Assembly: GCA_017536475.1 (NCBI GenBank)
Contig: JAFXHH010000021.1
Location: 4,431-68,430 of the forward strand
Source of the DNA: Clostridia bacterium
Lineage (GTDB): Bacteria; Bacillota; Clostridia; Oscillospirales; CAG-272
Direction: 5' to 3'
Length of the DNA stretch: 64,000 nucleotides
Shown here: positions 35,868 through 45,704 of the stretch, piece after piece
How the letters are laid out: each line of letters opens with the position of its first letter
Numbering within the stretch: position 1 is the stretch's first letter
Translations under genes and position numbers: made by a program
Notes under the pieces: generated by a model
What the model was told of the DNA's origin: nothing
The model's input: the letters and a program-made list of their open reading frames with translations, nothing else
Database searches by the model: none

Positions 35868-37325
35868 ATGGAAGATAAACGACAACTCGGAGCCGATTAT
35901 AAAGAAAATATCCGCTTGATCGATGAGATTTTGCACACCTCTGAAAACTTTGATCTCATAAAGAAAACCTTGACCGTCGGCAAGGACGAACTGACGCTAT
36001 ATTATATCGACGGATTTGTCAAGGATGCGGTTATGTCGAAGTATATGATATATCTGCTTTCTCTCAAAGGACTTGGCGACAGCGCCGACGGTACCGATAG
36101 TGAGAAGGGAATGTCGACAAGGAGAAGAGCTGAAAAATTTTTGAGCGCTCACGCTCCCTACGTCGAGGCAGAGCTCTCCGATGACCTCTCGGAAATGATA
36201 AAATTCGTCGCGTCGGGCGCGACTCTGATGATAGGCTCGACCTTCGGGGGAAATGCAATAATAATCGACGCGAGGACTTATCCCGCAAGGGAAACTGCCG
36301 AGCCTGAGGGAGATAAGGTAATGCGCGGAGCGAGAGACGGATTTGTCGAAACGCTCATCTTCAATACCGCGCTGATAAGACGAAGAATTCGCAATCCCGA
36401 GCTGATAATGAGCTATCTTTCGATCGGCGGCTCGTCAAAGACCGATATCGTGGTCTGTTATATGAAGGACCGTGCTGACCTCAAATACGTCGAGGAGCTG
36501 AAAAAGAAGCTTGGCGCGATCAAGACTGAATCACTGACGCTTGGCAGTGAGTCGCTCGCCGAGGCACTCATCAAAAAGAAATGGTACAATCCATTTCCCA
36601 AGGTAAGATACACCGAGCGCCCCGACTCTGCGGCGGCGCAGCTGCTTGAGGGAAGTGTGCTCATTCTTTGCGACAATTCGCCGCAAGCCATGGTCATGCC
36701 GACGAGCATTTTTGACTTTATGCAGGAGACCAACGATTTTTATTTTCCTCCGTTTACGGGAAATTATATCCGCATAGTCCGTCATTTAGTCTTCTTGCTG
36801 ACGCTTTACCTCGTGCCGCTATGGTATCTGCTTGTGACTCATCAGCAATTCGTGCCCGATTGGCTGGAATTTATAATCCCGATGGAGAGAGGAAGAATAC
36901 CCTTAATAGCGCAGATATTGATCACCGAATTCGTGATTGACGGCTTACGAATGGCGTCCTTAAACACCCCGAATATGCTATCAAACTCTTTGTCGGTAGT
37001 CGGGGGACTGATACTCGGCGACTTCGCGGTCAATATTGGTTGGCTTATCCCCGAGGTCATTCTCTATATGGCATTCGTCGCGATAGCAAACTTCACCCAG
37101 CGCAGCTATGAGCTCGGCTATGCCTTCAAGTTTATGAGGATAATGCTCACGATCCTGACTGCAATATTCGGTCTGTGGGGATTTGTCGGCGGCACGATTC
37201 TCACGATCGTTCTGATCGCGACCAACGAGACCGTCAATGGAAAGAGAAACTACCTCTATCCGCTGATTCCCTTTAACTATAAAGCTTTCAAGTCCTTATT
37301 TTTTAGAGTGAAAAAATACGACTAA
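35868..37325 (+). CDS. GerA-family spore germination protein / SpoVAF-like
   Basis: About 485 aa with a soluble N-domain and 5 C-terminal TM helices. The blocks PEGDKVMRGARDGFVE and LIRRRIRNPEL are typical of the GerAA/SpoVAF family. Confidence 0.75.
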   Translation: MEDKRQLGADYKENIRLIDEILHTSENFDLIKKTLTVGKDELTLYYIDGFVKDAVMSKYMIYLLSLKGLGDSADGTDSEKGMSTRRRAEKFLSAHAPYVEAELSDDLSEMIKFVASGATLMIGSTFGGNAIIIDARTYPARETAEPEGDKVMRGARDGFVETLIFNTALIRRRIRNPELIMSYLSIGGSSKTDIVVCYMKDRADLKYVEELKKKLGAIKTESLTLGSESLAEALIKKKWYNPFPKVRYTERPDSAAAQLLEGSVLILCDNSPQAMVMPTSIFDFMQETNDFYFPPFTGNYIRIVRHLVFLLTLYLVPLWYLLVTHQQFVPDWLEFIIPMERGRIPLIAQILITEFVIDGLRMASLNTPNMLSNSLSVVGGLILGDFAVNIGWLIPEVILYMAFVAIANFTQRSYELGYAFKFMRIMLTILTAIFGLWGFVGGTILTIVLIATNETVNGKRNYLYPLIPFNYKAFKSLFFRVKKYD

Positions 37326-37564
37326 CATCATATATCCTCGGTTCGAGTCCCGAAAAATACTCGCGCCGAGGATTATTTATTTGCGTTTTCTGTGAGCAAG
37401 CTCTCATTTTGACCAAAATGGAAATAAATGTAAGAACTTGAAAAGAATTGTAAAAACACCTCAAATGCCTCATTTTTTGGTTTGATGAAGGCAGAAATAC
37501 ACACAAAAAGAATAAAAATATTTAAAAAACTGAACGATTTTTTCTGAAATCCGTCAAGCCCCCC

Positions 37565-37593
37565 TTGATTAATTTCAGTTTATATATTATAAT
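37565..37593 (+). promoter_or_regulatory. dcw cluster promoter (Pmra)
   Basis: TTGATT (37565-70), a 17-nt spacer and TATAAT (37588-93). Confidence 0.7.
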
Positions 37594-37605
37594 ATTTACA
37601 TCACA

Positions 37606-37642
37606 GTGGTGAAAAGTGGTGCAAAAGTGTTGCGATGTGGTG
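37606..37642 (+). promoter_or_regulatory. MraZ operator: four direct GTGGTG/GTGTTG repeats with 10-11 bp periodicity
   Basis: GTGGTG at 37606, 37616 and 37637, and GTGTTG at 37627, directly downstream of the -10 element. Confidence 0.7.
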
Positions 37643-37711
37643 AAAATCTCCGCATTATCCACTTGAAACACCCAAAAGACAAACCGAAACGATGAAAAGG
37701 AGGTGTGGTGA

Positions 37712-38134
37712 ATGTTTACAGGAGAGTACGAGCATATCGTAGACTCAAAAAACCGAATATTTGTGCCCGTAAAGTTCAGAGAAGAACTCGGGGAAACGTT
37801 TATGGTCGTTCGTGACATTCGTAAGCCGATCCTCAAGGTCTGTTCGCTTGAGGAGTGGGAAAGATACCTCGCCCCCATCAAAGCGCAGGAAAGAAAGATC
37901 GCCGAGGAGGCGCTCAGATATCTGCATCGAAACGCATCTCAGGTCTCGCCCGACTCGCAGGGAAGAATTCTTTTGCCTCCGTCACTTCTCGGATATGCGG
38001 AGATTGAAAGAGAAGCGGTGTTCGTCGGTTGCAGTGATTATTGCGAGATCTGGTCGGCAGAGAAATATAAAGCCGAGATCTCCGCAGAGGATCCCGAGGA
38101 TATCCGCGAAAAGCTTGAAAGATTGGGACTTTAA
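37712..38134 (+). CDS. mraZ: Division/cell-wall cluster transcriptional regulator MraZ
   Basis: Starts [26 protein letters not shown] and has a duplicated SpoVT-AbrB type domain. Confidence 0.95.
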   Translation: MFTGEYEHIVDSKNRIFVPVKFREELGETFMVVRDIRKPILKVCSLEEWERYLAPIKAQERKIAEEALRYLHRNASQVSPDSQGRILLPPSLLGYAEIEREAVFVGCSDYCEIWSAEKYKAEISAEDPEDIREKLERLGL

Positions 38135-38139
38135 GCGAT

Positions 38140-39087
38140 ATGGATCAGAAGATAAACTTTTCGCACCGTTCTGTTTTGCTTGACGAGTGCATCGAAGCGC
38201 TCAATATCAAGCCTGACGGAATTTACGTAGACGGAACAGCGGGTGGCGGCGGTCATTCGCTTGAAATAGTAAAAAAATTGACCGCAGGCGGTAGGCTCAT
38301 CGCGATCGACCGCGACGACGCGGCTATCGCGGCGGCAACCGAAAGGCTCAAGGATTACAGCGACAGAGTAACCTTTGTCCGCAACAATTTCTCGTCGATC
38401 AAGGAGAGCTGCCTTGACCTCGGCATAGATAAGATCGACGGAGTCCTGCTCGATCTTGGCGTATCGTCCTACCAGCTCGATACCGTGGAGCGCGGATTCA
38501 CTCACAATTCCGATGCGCCTCTCGATATGAGAATGGACAGACGAAACGATCTTGATGCGTATACGGTGGTCAATACCTATAGCGCCGATCAGCTCAAAAA
38601 GGTCATTTACAACTACGGCGAGGAGCGTTTCGCACCCAAAATTGCGGCGGCGATAGTCCGATACCGTGAAAAAGAAACGATCAAAACCACGGGACAGCTC
38701 GTGGAAATAATAAAAAGCGCCATTCCCCCGTCAGCGCGTGAGGGAGGGCACCATCCCGCAAAGAGAACCTTTCAGGCAATACGCATCGAGGTCAACGGCG
38801 AGCTCGACGCGATAGAGCCCACGATCAGAAACGCGACCGACATTCTCGCTCCTGAGGGCAGAATAGCGATAATCACGTTCCATTCTCTTGAGGACAGAAT
38901 AGTCAAGCAGACCTACGCCGATCTCGCAAGTGGCTGTAATTGCCCACGCGATCTGCCCGTGTGCGTCTGCGGACGAAAGCCCAGAGTCAACGTGCTGACA
39001 AGAAAGCCGATACTCCCGAGTGAGAGGGAGCTTGAGGAAAACCCGCGGTCGAGAAGTGCAAAGCTTCGCGTGGCGGAAAAAATCTAA
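38140..39087 (+). CDS. rsmH: 16S rRNA (cytosine1402-N4)-methyltransferase RsmH
   Basis: Contains [35 protein letters not shown] and [10 protein letters not shown]. Confidence 0.95.
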   Translation: MDQKINFSHRSVLLDECIEALNIKPDGIYVDGTAGGGGHSLEIVKKLTAGGRLIAIDRDDAAIAAATERLKDYSDRVTFVRNNFSSIKESCLDLGIDKIDGVLLDLGVSSYQLDTVERGFTHNSDAPLDMRMDRRNDLDAYTVVNTYSADQLKKVIYNYGEERFAPKIAAAIVRYREKETIKTTGQLVEIIKSAIPPSAREGGHHPAKRTFQAIRIEVNGELDAIEPTIRNATDILAPEGRIAIITFHSLEDRIVKQTYADLASGCNCPRDLPVCVCGRKPRVNVLTRKPILPSERELEENPRSRSAKLRVAEKI

Positions 39088-39093
39088 TGCTTA

Positions 39094-39172
39094 CCGCACA
39101 AGCGGAGAGCCGAAGCCCAACTGTTGAAGGTTAGTTGCCGCACAAGCGGAGAACTGAAGCCCAACTGTTGAA
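39094..39172 (+). repeat. Tandem direct repeat (2 x 35 nt, period 44 bp) between rsmH and the ftsL-like gene
   Basis: The copies ccgcacaagcggagagccgaagcccaactgttgaa and ccgcacaagcggagaactgaagcccaactgttgaa differ at 2 of 35 positions (33/35 identical), at repeat positions 16-17 (gc vs aa). Confidence 0.9.
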
Positions 39173-39212
39173 ATCAAAAAGCGGCTTCAAAGCATTAAAA
39201 CGGAGGAAGTTA

Positions 39213-40100
39213 ATGAAGAAGACCAAGGCGAGAGTCGTCGCCGCGGCACCCGAGGTGGCGGTCGGAAGCCCCACGGTGAGCGTCAGCGGTATCGACATAA
39301 GCGCGCTCTACATAGATATGTTGTGCGAAAGATTTAAAAATCGCGGCATCAAAACGGGTCTGTCCGAGGCAAAGAGCGCCGAGATCCGCAAAAATGCCGT
39401 AATGCTCGGCATAAACGTGGACGGTGTGTCGGGAGACGACGAAAAATATCACACGTTGAAAATAAACGGTCAGTCATATATGAGCAGCGATGATTTCGCT
39501 GCCTATTATAAAGATCTAAGAGGCTATAAGCTGCCAAAATTCTATACTCGCGCGGAAAATGAGTACGAATCGGCAGCGGCGGGTTCCGAGGGAGTGCAGG
39601 AAACGGGTAAACCGCCAAAAAAAGCCGTGTGGCTTGCCATAAAGCGACGCATTAAGGAGTTTTTGCGTGACTTTTTCTCGGTCTTCGTGCTCGAGGAGAT
39701 ACGCAAGCAGTCCGAAGAAGAAATGGTCGAGGGAAAGAAGAAAAGAATTCCTCGCGGCACTCTTCCCACTATCGCGGTGGTGACCTTGTCACTTTTGATG
39801 GTGGTGTGCAGTTCGGTTATGGTAAGCCGCGCCACAGCCTCTGTTGGCAATCTTGAGGACGAGATAGAGGAGCTCAGAGACGTGAGAAACGACCTCGAAG
39901 CCGACCTTGTCGTCAAGAACGATATGCTGAACATCAAGGATATAGCGGTCAATAAATACGGAATGATAAGCTCGGACTACGCGACCTCTCGTTATCTCGA
40001 CGTTACCGAGGACGAGAAGATCGAAAAATACGAGAGCAACGGGAAATCGGATTCGTTACTGACTCGTTTGCTCAAAGCGATAGGTCTGGTGGAAGATTGA
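39213..40100 (+). CDS. ftsL: FtsL-like cell division protein with an extended cytoplasmic N-terminus
   Basis: Sits in the dcw position between rsmH and the PBP gene. It has a single TM helix (LPTIAVVTLSLLMVVCSSVMV) followed by a coiled coil. The ATG is preceded by cggaggaag. Confidence 0.5.
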   Translation: MKKTKARVVAAAPEVAVGSPTVSVSGIDISALYIDMLCERFKNRGIKTGLSEAKSAEIRKNAVMLGINVDGVSGDDEKYHTLKINGQSYMSSDDFAAYYKDLRGYKLPKFYTRAENEYESAAAGSEGVQETGKPPKKAVWLAIKRRIKEFLRDFFSVFVLEEIRKQSEEEMVEGKKKRIPRGTLPTIAVVTLSLLMVVCSSVMVSRATASVGNLEDEIEELRDVRNDLEADLVVKNDMLNIKDIAVNKYGMISSDYATSRYLDVTEDEKIEKYESNGKSDSLLTRLLKAIGLVED

Positions 40101-40113
40101 TTTTGATTAAAAT

Positions 40114-40173
40114 GCGCCCCCAAACCCGTCTGAAAGAAATTTATCTCGACGGGTTGGGGCGCGTTCTGTTTTT
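40114..40173 (+). terminator. Long imperfect hairpin plus T-run inside the dcw cluster; possible internal or partial terminator
   Basis: Arms gcgcccccaaacccgtc and gacgggttggggcgc, followed by gttctgttttt. Confidence 0.5.
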
Positions 40174-40273
40174 AGATGCCCCTTTGACATAATTTTATAG
40201 GGACAAGGCATATACTGATTTGAAAATATTCAAATCCAAAAACAAAGCTCTGGAGAAAGGATGGTGCGTGAAA

Positions 40274-42595
40274 ATGGAAGGTGGAACACCGAGCACTAAG
40301 GTGCGTCGTCGCGCGGGAATACTTTGTATAGTGATGAGTGTTCTTTTCGTGTTGCTCTCTCTGCGTATCTTTATCTATCAGACGCTTCAGTTTGACGAGT
40401 TTGACCAAAAGGTCATAGATCAGATAACCCAAAAATCTACGGTCAAGGCAGACCGAGGAAATATATGCGATGCAAATGGTATCGTGTTAGCGACGAACGT
40501 CACGACCTACCGCCTTTTCATAGACCCTGCCGTTATAAAAAGCACGAGCGAGAAAAAGGGAGTAGATTTTGCCGATCAGATAGCGAAGGGACTTTCATCG
40601 ATAGCTCTGCTTGATCTAGACTACGACGACGTAATGAAAGCGGCGGGATATACCCGTTATCGCGACAGAACTCTTGCACGCAACATCTCCGAGGAGGCGG
40701 CGGACGCGGTCAGAGCATTTCTTAAGGAAAGCGAGATCGACGACCTCGCGCTCGTGTTCCTTGAAGCGACGAGCATGAGATATTATCCCTACGACACACT
40801 TGCAAGTCACGTTCTCGGATTTACGGGAAGTGACGGTCAGGGACTTTACGGACTTGAATATCAGTACGATGAGATACTTGCGGGAGTCGACGGCTCGTAC
40901 ATCGGCGCGAAGGACTCGTACGGAAACGAGCTCGTTTACGATTACGAAAGCTATATTCCCGCAAACGACGGATACAATATTGTAACAACGATAGACGTTT
41001 ATATTCAGGCAGAGCTTGAAGAACAGCTTGAAACGGCTTATATCGAGTCGGGCGGAAAGAACCGTGCCTGCGGAATAGTGATGGACGTCGAGACGGGCGC
41101 GGTGCTCGCTATGGCAGTCTATCCAAACTACGATCTCAACGACCCGTGGGAGCTTAATTGGCAGTGTGCCGAAAAGCTCGAGGAAAGCGGACTTGAGGAG
41201 GGAAGCGACGAATACGTTTCTCTAAAGCAGCAGCTTTTGCTTGAAACCTGGTCGAATAAGGCGGTCAACGACCTCTATATGCCTGGATCGACCTTTAAGA
41301 TCATCACCGCGGCGATGGCATACGAGGAGGATCTCGTTATCGACGACGAGACCTTCAATTGTCCCGGCTATCACATAGTCAACGGCACGAAAATACGCTG
41401 TCACAAAACGACGGGACACGGACAGCTTACCTTTGCCGAGGGCATACAGCAGTCCTGCAACCCTCTGCTTATGATAATGGGACTGAGAACGGGCGCGGAT
41501 AAATTCCTTGAATATTTCTCGTCCTTCGGATATTTTGAAAAGACTGGAATCGACCTGCCGGGTGAGAGCATCACCGCAAAGGGAGTGACCTTCTGGGACG
41601 AGGCAACCTTCAAATCAGCGGATATCTACCTTGCCACAGCGTCGTTCGGACAGAACTTTAAAATTTCCGCGCTTTCACACCTTGGCGCTATCAGCGCGGT
41701 CGCCAATGGAGGCGATCTTGTAACCCCCCACATTATAAAAGAAGTTACAGACAACGACGGAAACGTTATCTATTCACATAAGGATACGGTTCGCCGTCAG
41801 GTAGTAAGCTCCGACACCTGTAAGACGATCGCCGCGATACTTGAGGACGGTGTTTCGGGCGATGGCGGTGCGAAGAACGCCTACGTTGCGGGCTACAGAG
41901 TTGCCGCAAAGACGGGAACGTCCGAGAAAAAGGACGAGGTCAGCACCGACTATACCAAATACGTCTGCTCGACCGTGGCGTATGCGCCCGCGGATTCCCC
42001 CGAGATAGCGACGATAATCCTCGTCGACGAGCCGACCAAGGGAACGCTTTACGGAAGCGTAGTTGCAGCGCCGTACGTCGGTGCGCTGCTTGAGGAGGTC
42101 TTGCCATATTACGGAGTTGAGGCGAAGTACAGCGACGAGGAGCTTGAAAAGCAGACGCTCTCCGCCCCCGCGCTCATTCAGTCGAGAACCGAATACGCAA
42201 AATATCTCTCGGAGCTGCTCGGCTTTGAGGTCGAGGTCATCGGCGACGGAGAATACGTAATGTCGCAGTCGCCTGCGGCGGGCTCTGAGGTCTCCCCCGG
42301 CAACGCGAAGATAATACTTTATACGAAAAGCGAAGCGGTCGGCGGCAAAAAGAGTGCAAAAGTCCCCGACCTTACGGGAATGACCGTAGTCGCGGCAAAC
42401 GGAACGCTCGCAAATCTCGGACTTAACATCAAGATCGACGGCACGCTCAACTTCTCGGGCGCTGACGTCGTAGTAGTCTCGCAGGACATCGAGCCGGGAA
42501 CCGTGGTAAATGAAGGCACGGTAGTAACGGTCACCCTCCGCTATCTCGGCGGCGACGACCAGACGTATTACGATCCCGAGGCGGATATAGAATAA
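40274..42595 (+). CDS. Class B penicillin-binding protein (FtsI/SpoVD/PBP2B type) with C-terminal PASTA domains
   Basis: TM anchor and dimerisation domain. Transpeptidase motifs STFK, SCN and KTGT. A PASTA-like segment KVPDLTGMTVVAANGTLANLGLNIKIDG is present. Confidence 0.88.
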   Translation: MEGGTPSTKVRRRAGILCIVMSVLFVLLSLRIFIYQTLQFDEFDQKVIDQITQKSTVKADRGNICDANGIVLATNVTTYRLFIDPAVIKSTSEKKGVDFADQIAKGLSSIALLDLDYDDVMKAAGYTRYRDRTLARNISEEAADAVRAFLKESEIDDLALVFLEATSMRYYPYDTLASHVLGFTGSDGQGLYGLEYQYDEILAGVDGSYIGAKDSYGNELVYDYESYIPANDGYNIVTTIDVYIQAELEEQLETAYIESGGKNRACGIVMDVETGAVLAMAVYPNYDLNDPWELNWQCAEKLEESGLEEGSDEYVSLKQQLLLETWSNKAVNDLYMPGSTFKIITAAMAYEEDLVIDDETFNCPGYHIVNGTKIRCHKTTGHGQLTFAEGIQQSCNPLLMIMGLRTGADKFLEYFSSFGYFEKTGIDLPGESITAKGVTFWDEATFKSADIYLATASFGQNFKISALSHLGAISAVANGGDLVTPHIIKEVTDNDGNVIYSHKDTVRRQVVSSDTCKTIAAILEDGVSGDGGAKNAYVAGYRVAAKTGTSEKKDEVSTDYTKYVCSTVAYAPADSPEIATIILVDEPTKGTLYGSVVAAPYVGALLEEVLPYYGVEAKYSDEELEKQTLSAPALIQSRTEYAKYLSELLGFEVEVIGDGEYVMSQSPAAGSEVSPGNAKIILYTKSEAVGGKKSAKVPDLTGMTVVAANGTLANLGLNIKIDGTLNFSGADVVVVSQDIEPGTVVNEGTVVTVTLRYLGGDDQTYYDPEADIE

Positions 42596-42671
42596 CAATT
42601 AAATAAAAGCATTTTTTCAGCCAAAGAAAAATATAATTGTTGTGATACTTATATTTTTTGGAGGAATGGGA

Positions 42672-44180
42672 ATGCTTCTGTCACAACTTATACGTGGCTT
42701 GGGGATCGGCGAGCTTGAGATAGCAGCCGACCCCGAGATCACGGCGATATGCCCCGATTCAAGACGGATAAAAAAGGGAGATCTTTACATAGCCGTCGAG
42801 GGTTTGCACACCGACGGGCACAAATACGTCGGTGATGCGATAAAAAACGGCGCTGTTGCGCTCGTTGTATCAAAAAGAGCTGTAAAAGAGAACAGAATAG
42901 ACAAAAACGGCATTGATCTTCCGATAATAGAGGTCGACGACACGAGAATTGCCTCGGCGAGACTCTATTCGACCTATTACGGAGAGCCGCAAAAGAGGCT
43001 TCGGATGATCGGAGTCACGGGTACGAACGGAAAGACCTCGGTCTCGGGACTTGTCGCGGCTATGCTTGCTTCGTCGGGCAAGCGGGTGGGCTCGATCGGA
43101 ACCACGGGTTGCTTTTCACCGAAAGGAAGGCTTGATATCCGTCCGTCAGATCCGAACGCGAATATGACCACCCCCGACCCCGAGGAGCTTTACAAAATTC
43201 TCGACCGCTTCGTTAGTGACGGAGCCGAATACGCGGTCATGGAGGTCACCTCCCACGCGCTTGCGCTGGGTAAGGTCGAGCCGATAGAATTTGAGATCGG
43301 TGTTTTCACCAATCTCAGCGAGGATCACCTCGATTTTCACGAAAATATGGAAACATACTTCGCCGCAAAGAGCTTGCTTTTCAAAAAGTGTCGTGCGGCG
43401 GTGATAAATTACGATGACAGATACGGCAGACGACTTGCCGACAACATAGAGATACCTGCCTATAAATGCTCGGCGGAGGGCAGGTCGACCGATTGCTATG
43501 CCGAGGATATAAAACTTCGGTCAAGCTTTGGGATCGAATATAAGCTCGTGTCAAGCGCTATGAGACTTCGGGTGCGCTCGATTCTCTCGGGCAGCTTTAA
43601 CGTGATGAATACTATGCAAGCGGCGATAGCGGCGCACGCGCTCGGAGTCAAGGTCACGGATATCAAGGAAACGCTTGCCGATTTTTCGGGAATTGCGGGC
43701 AGACTTGAGCGAGTCAGAACGACGAACAGAGTCGATTTTTCAGTCTATATAGACTACGCGCACACCCCCGACGCGCTTGAAAATCTGCTCCGTACCGCGC
43801 GCTCGTTTGCCGCGAGAGGACAGAGAATAGTTCTGCTTTTCGGTTGCGGCGGCGACCGAGAAAAGCAAAAGCGGGCGATAATGGGAAATATCGCCACGAG
43901 CATGGCGGATCTTGCGATAATCACGAGTGACAACAGTCGAAGTGAGCGACCCGCAGATATTATAAGCGACATTCTCTCGGGTGTCGTAGCCGACGCGACC
44001 TACACCGTGATCGAGGACAGGCGCGAGGCAATAGAGTACGCGATCAAAAACGCGAGACGGGGAGATATAATCCTGCTCGCAGGCAAGGGACACGAGGAAT
44101 ACGAAATAGACGGCGAGGGCAAAAAGCCCTTCTCCGAAAGACAAATAGTCAAAGAAGCAATAGAAAGATATCACTCGTAA
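42672..44180 (+). CDS. murE: UDP-N-acetylmuramoyl-L-alanyl-D-glutamate--2,6-diaminopimelate ligase
   Basis: Contains GVTGTNGKTS and the ITSDNSRSERP block. dcw synteny supports the call. Confidence 0.9.
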   Translation: MLLSQLIRGLGIGELEIAADPEITAICPDSRRIKKGDLYIAVEGLHTDGHKYVGDAIKNGAVALVVSKRAVKENRIDKNGIDLPIIEVDDTRIASARLYSTYYGEPQKRLRMIGVTGTNGKTSVSGLVAAMLASSGKRVGSIGTTGCFSPKGRLDIRPSDPNANMTTPDPEELYKILDRFVSDGAEYAVMEVTSHALALGKVEPIEFEIGVFTNLSEDHLDFHENMETYFAAKSLLFKKCRAAVINYDDRYGRRLADNIEIPAYKCSAEGRSTDCYAEDIKLRSSFGIEYKLVSSAMRLRVRSILSGSFNVMNTMQAAIAAHALGVKVTDIKETLADFSGIAGRLERVRTTNRVDFSVYIDYAHTPDALENLLRTARSFAARGQRIVLLFGCGGDREKQKRAIMGNIATSMADLAIITSDNSRSERPADIISDILSGVVADATYTVIEDRREAIEYAIKNARRGDIILLAGKGHEEYEIDGEGKKPFSERQIVKEAIERYHS

Positions 44181-44257
44181 GCAGTCGGTATCAAAGATAT
44201 AAACGCGTTGCGGTCGGAAACACCGCAAAATCCCACGTAAAAAAGGAAGCTGATCAT

Positions 44258-45670
44258 ATGAAAATAAAGCTTGGTCTTGGAAAAACGAATATGGAGCGCA
44301 TAGCCGATTGGTGCGGCGGCGAGCTTTACGATTTCACAGGTGAGTCGGGCAACTCTTTTGAATACGTCTGCACCGACTCGAGAGAGGCGGATGCCGACAC
44401 GATGTTCGTAGCAACACGCGGCGAGCGCGTCGACGGACACGATTATATCCTGAAAGCGATCGAGCAGGGCTGCCGTTGTATCCTCTGCGAGTACGTGCCG
44501 ACGAATATTTCGGGCAAGGCGGCGGCTTACGTCGTTGTAGAGAACTCAATGGACGCGTTTGCACACTGTGCCAAGGGATACCGCAGCGAAGATCCGCTTT
44601 TGAGCGTCGCGATCACGGGAAGCGTTGGCAAGACCACCACAAAGGAGCTCACCGCGGCCATACTTCGCCAAAAATTCAAGACGTATTGCACCGCAGGCAA
44701 TTTCAACAGTGTTATCGGTATGCCGATGTCGCTTATGGAGGCGGACGGAAGCAGTGAAAGAGCTGTTTTTGAGATGGGAATGAGCTCGTTTGGCGAGATC
44801 AGAAGCATGAGCCGAACCGCGACACCTTACGTGGCTATGGTTACGAATATCGGTACTTCACACCTCGAATATCTGAAAACGCGCGAAAACATAGCGAAGG
44901 CGAAGCTCGAGATCGGTGAGGGACTCGTCGATAGCGGCTATCTGTTGCTCAACGGCGACGAACCTTTGCTTTCAGACCATTATTCCGATAGGTATGATAC
45001 GGTCTACGTCGGCTACGACGAAAAATGCGCCTTCCAAATATGGAATGTCAGAGTTGACGATAGAGGCACCTCTTTTGACCTTCGTATTCCGGACAAAATG
45101 ATTCTAGATCTGCGAATATCGCTCATCGGCGAGCATTTTGCATACAATGCAGCTTTTGCGGCGGCGGCAGCATATCTGCTCGGTGCCGACGAGCGCAATA
45201 TAAGAGACGGACTTTCTTCCTACGTAGCGCAGGGTATGAGAATGAACGTCACCGATAAGAACGGTGTCACGCTGATCGCCGACTGCTATAATGCCGCGCC
45301 CGAATCAATGAAAGGCGCGATCGATACACTTGCACAGATCAAAGTGGATGGCAAGCGCATCGCAGTGCTTGGAGATATGAAGGAGCTTGGCGCTCTTTCC
45401 AACGAACTGCACGCGAGCGTGGGCAAATACCTTGTCGAAAAAGGTGTTGATTGCCTTTTCACCGTCGGCAATTCGGGCGAATTGATCGCAAAGGCGGCGC
45501 TGGGCGCAGGTATGAGCGAGGATAGGGTTGAGGCACTTGACGAGGAGCTTGGAGCTGTGGCGATCGCAGAGAAAATAAAAGAAAAAATAGCGACGGGCGA
45601 CGCGATACTATTCAAGGCAAGTCGCGCTATGAAATTTGAAGAGATCATGGAGGCAGTCTTCTCCCATTGA
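44258..45670 (+). CDS. murF: UDP-N-acetylmuramoyl-tripeptide--D-alanyl-D-alanine ligase
   Basis: Contains ITGSVGKTTTKE and the Mur ligase middle and C-terminal domains. Synteny supports the call. Confidence 0.9.
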   Translation: MKIKLGLGKTNMERIADWCGGELYDFTGESGNSFEYVCTDSREADADTMFVATRGERVDGHDYILKAIEQGCRCILCEYVPTNISGKAAAYVVVENSMDAFAHCAKGYRSEDPLLSVAITGSVGKTTTKELTAAILRQKFKTYCTAGNFNSVIGMPMSLMEADGSSERAVFEMGMSSFGEIRSMSRTATPYVAMVTNIGTSHLEYLKTRENIAKAKLEIGEGLVDSGYLLLNGDEPLLSDHYSDRYDTVYVGYDEKCAFQIWNVRVDDRGTSFDLRIPDKMILDLRISLIGEHFAYNAAFAAAAAYLLGADERNIRDGLSSYVAQGMRMNVTDKNGVTLIADCYNAAPESMKGAIDTLAQIKVDGKRIAVLGDMKELGALSNELHASVGKYLVEKGVDCLFTVGNSGELIAKAALGAGMSEDRVEALDEELGAVAIAEKIKEKIATGDAILFKASRAMKFEEIMEAVFSH

Positions 45671-45704
45671 AGCCGCCGATCTAAAGGAAGGAACAGAAAT
45701 AGCG

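Noticed and set aside
37326-37380. A tRNA T-arm-like string (cggttcgagtcccg) just after the GerA-family gene.
   Set aside because: It is embedded in the terminator hairpin atcctcgg...ccgaggat, and no other tRNA elements surround it, so it is probably coincidental.
39135-39212. An upstream alternative start (39135) for the ftsL-like gene.
   Set aside because: That start lies inside the tandem repeat and has no RBS. The ATG at 39213 has a cggaggaag RBS. The matter is left open in the corresponding finding.
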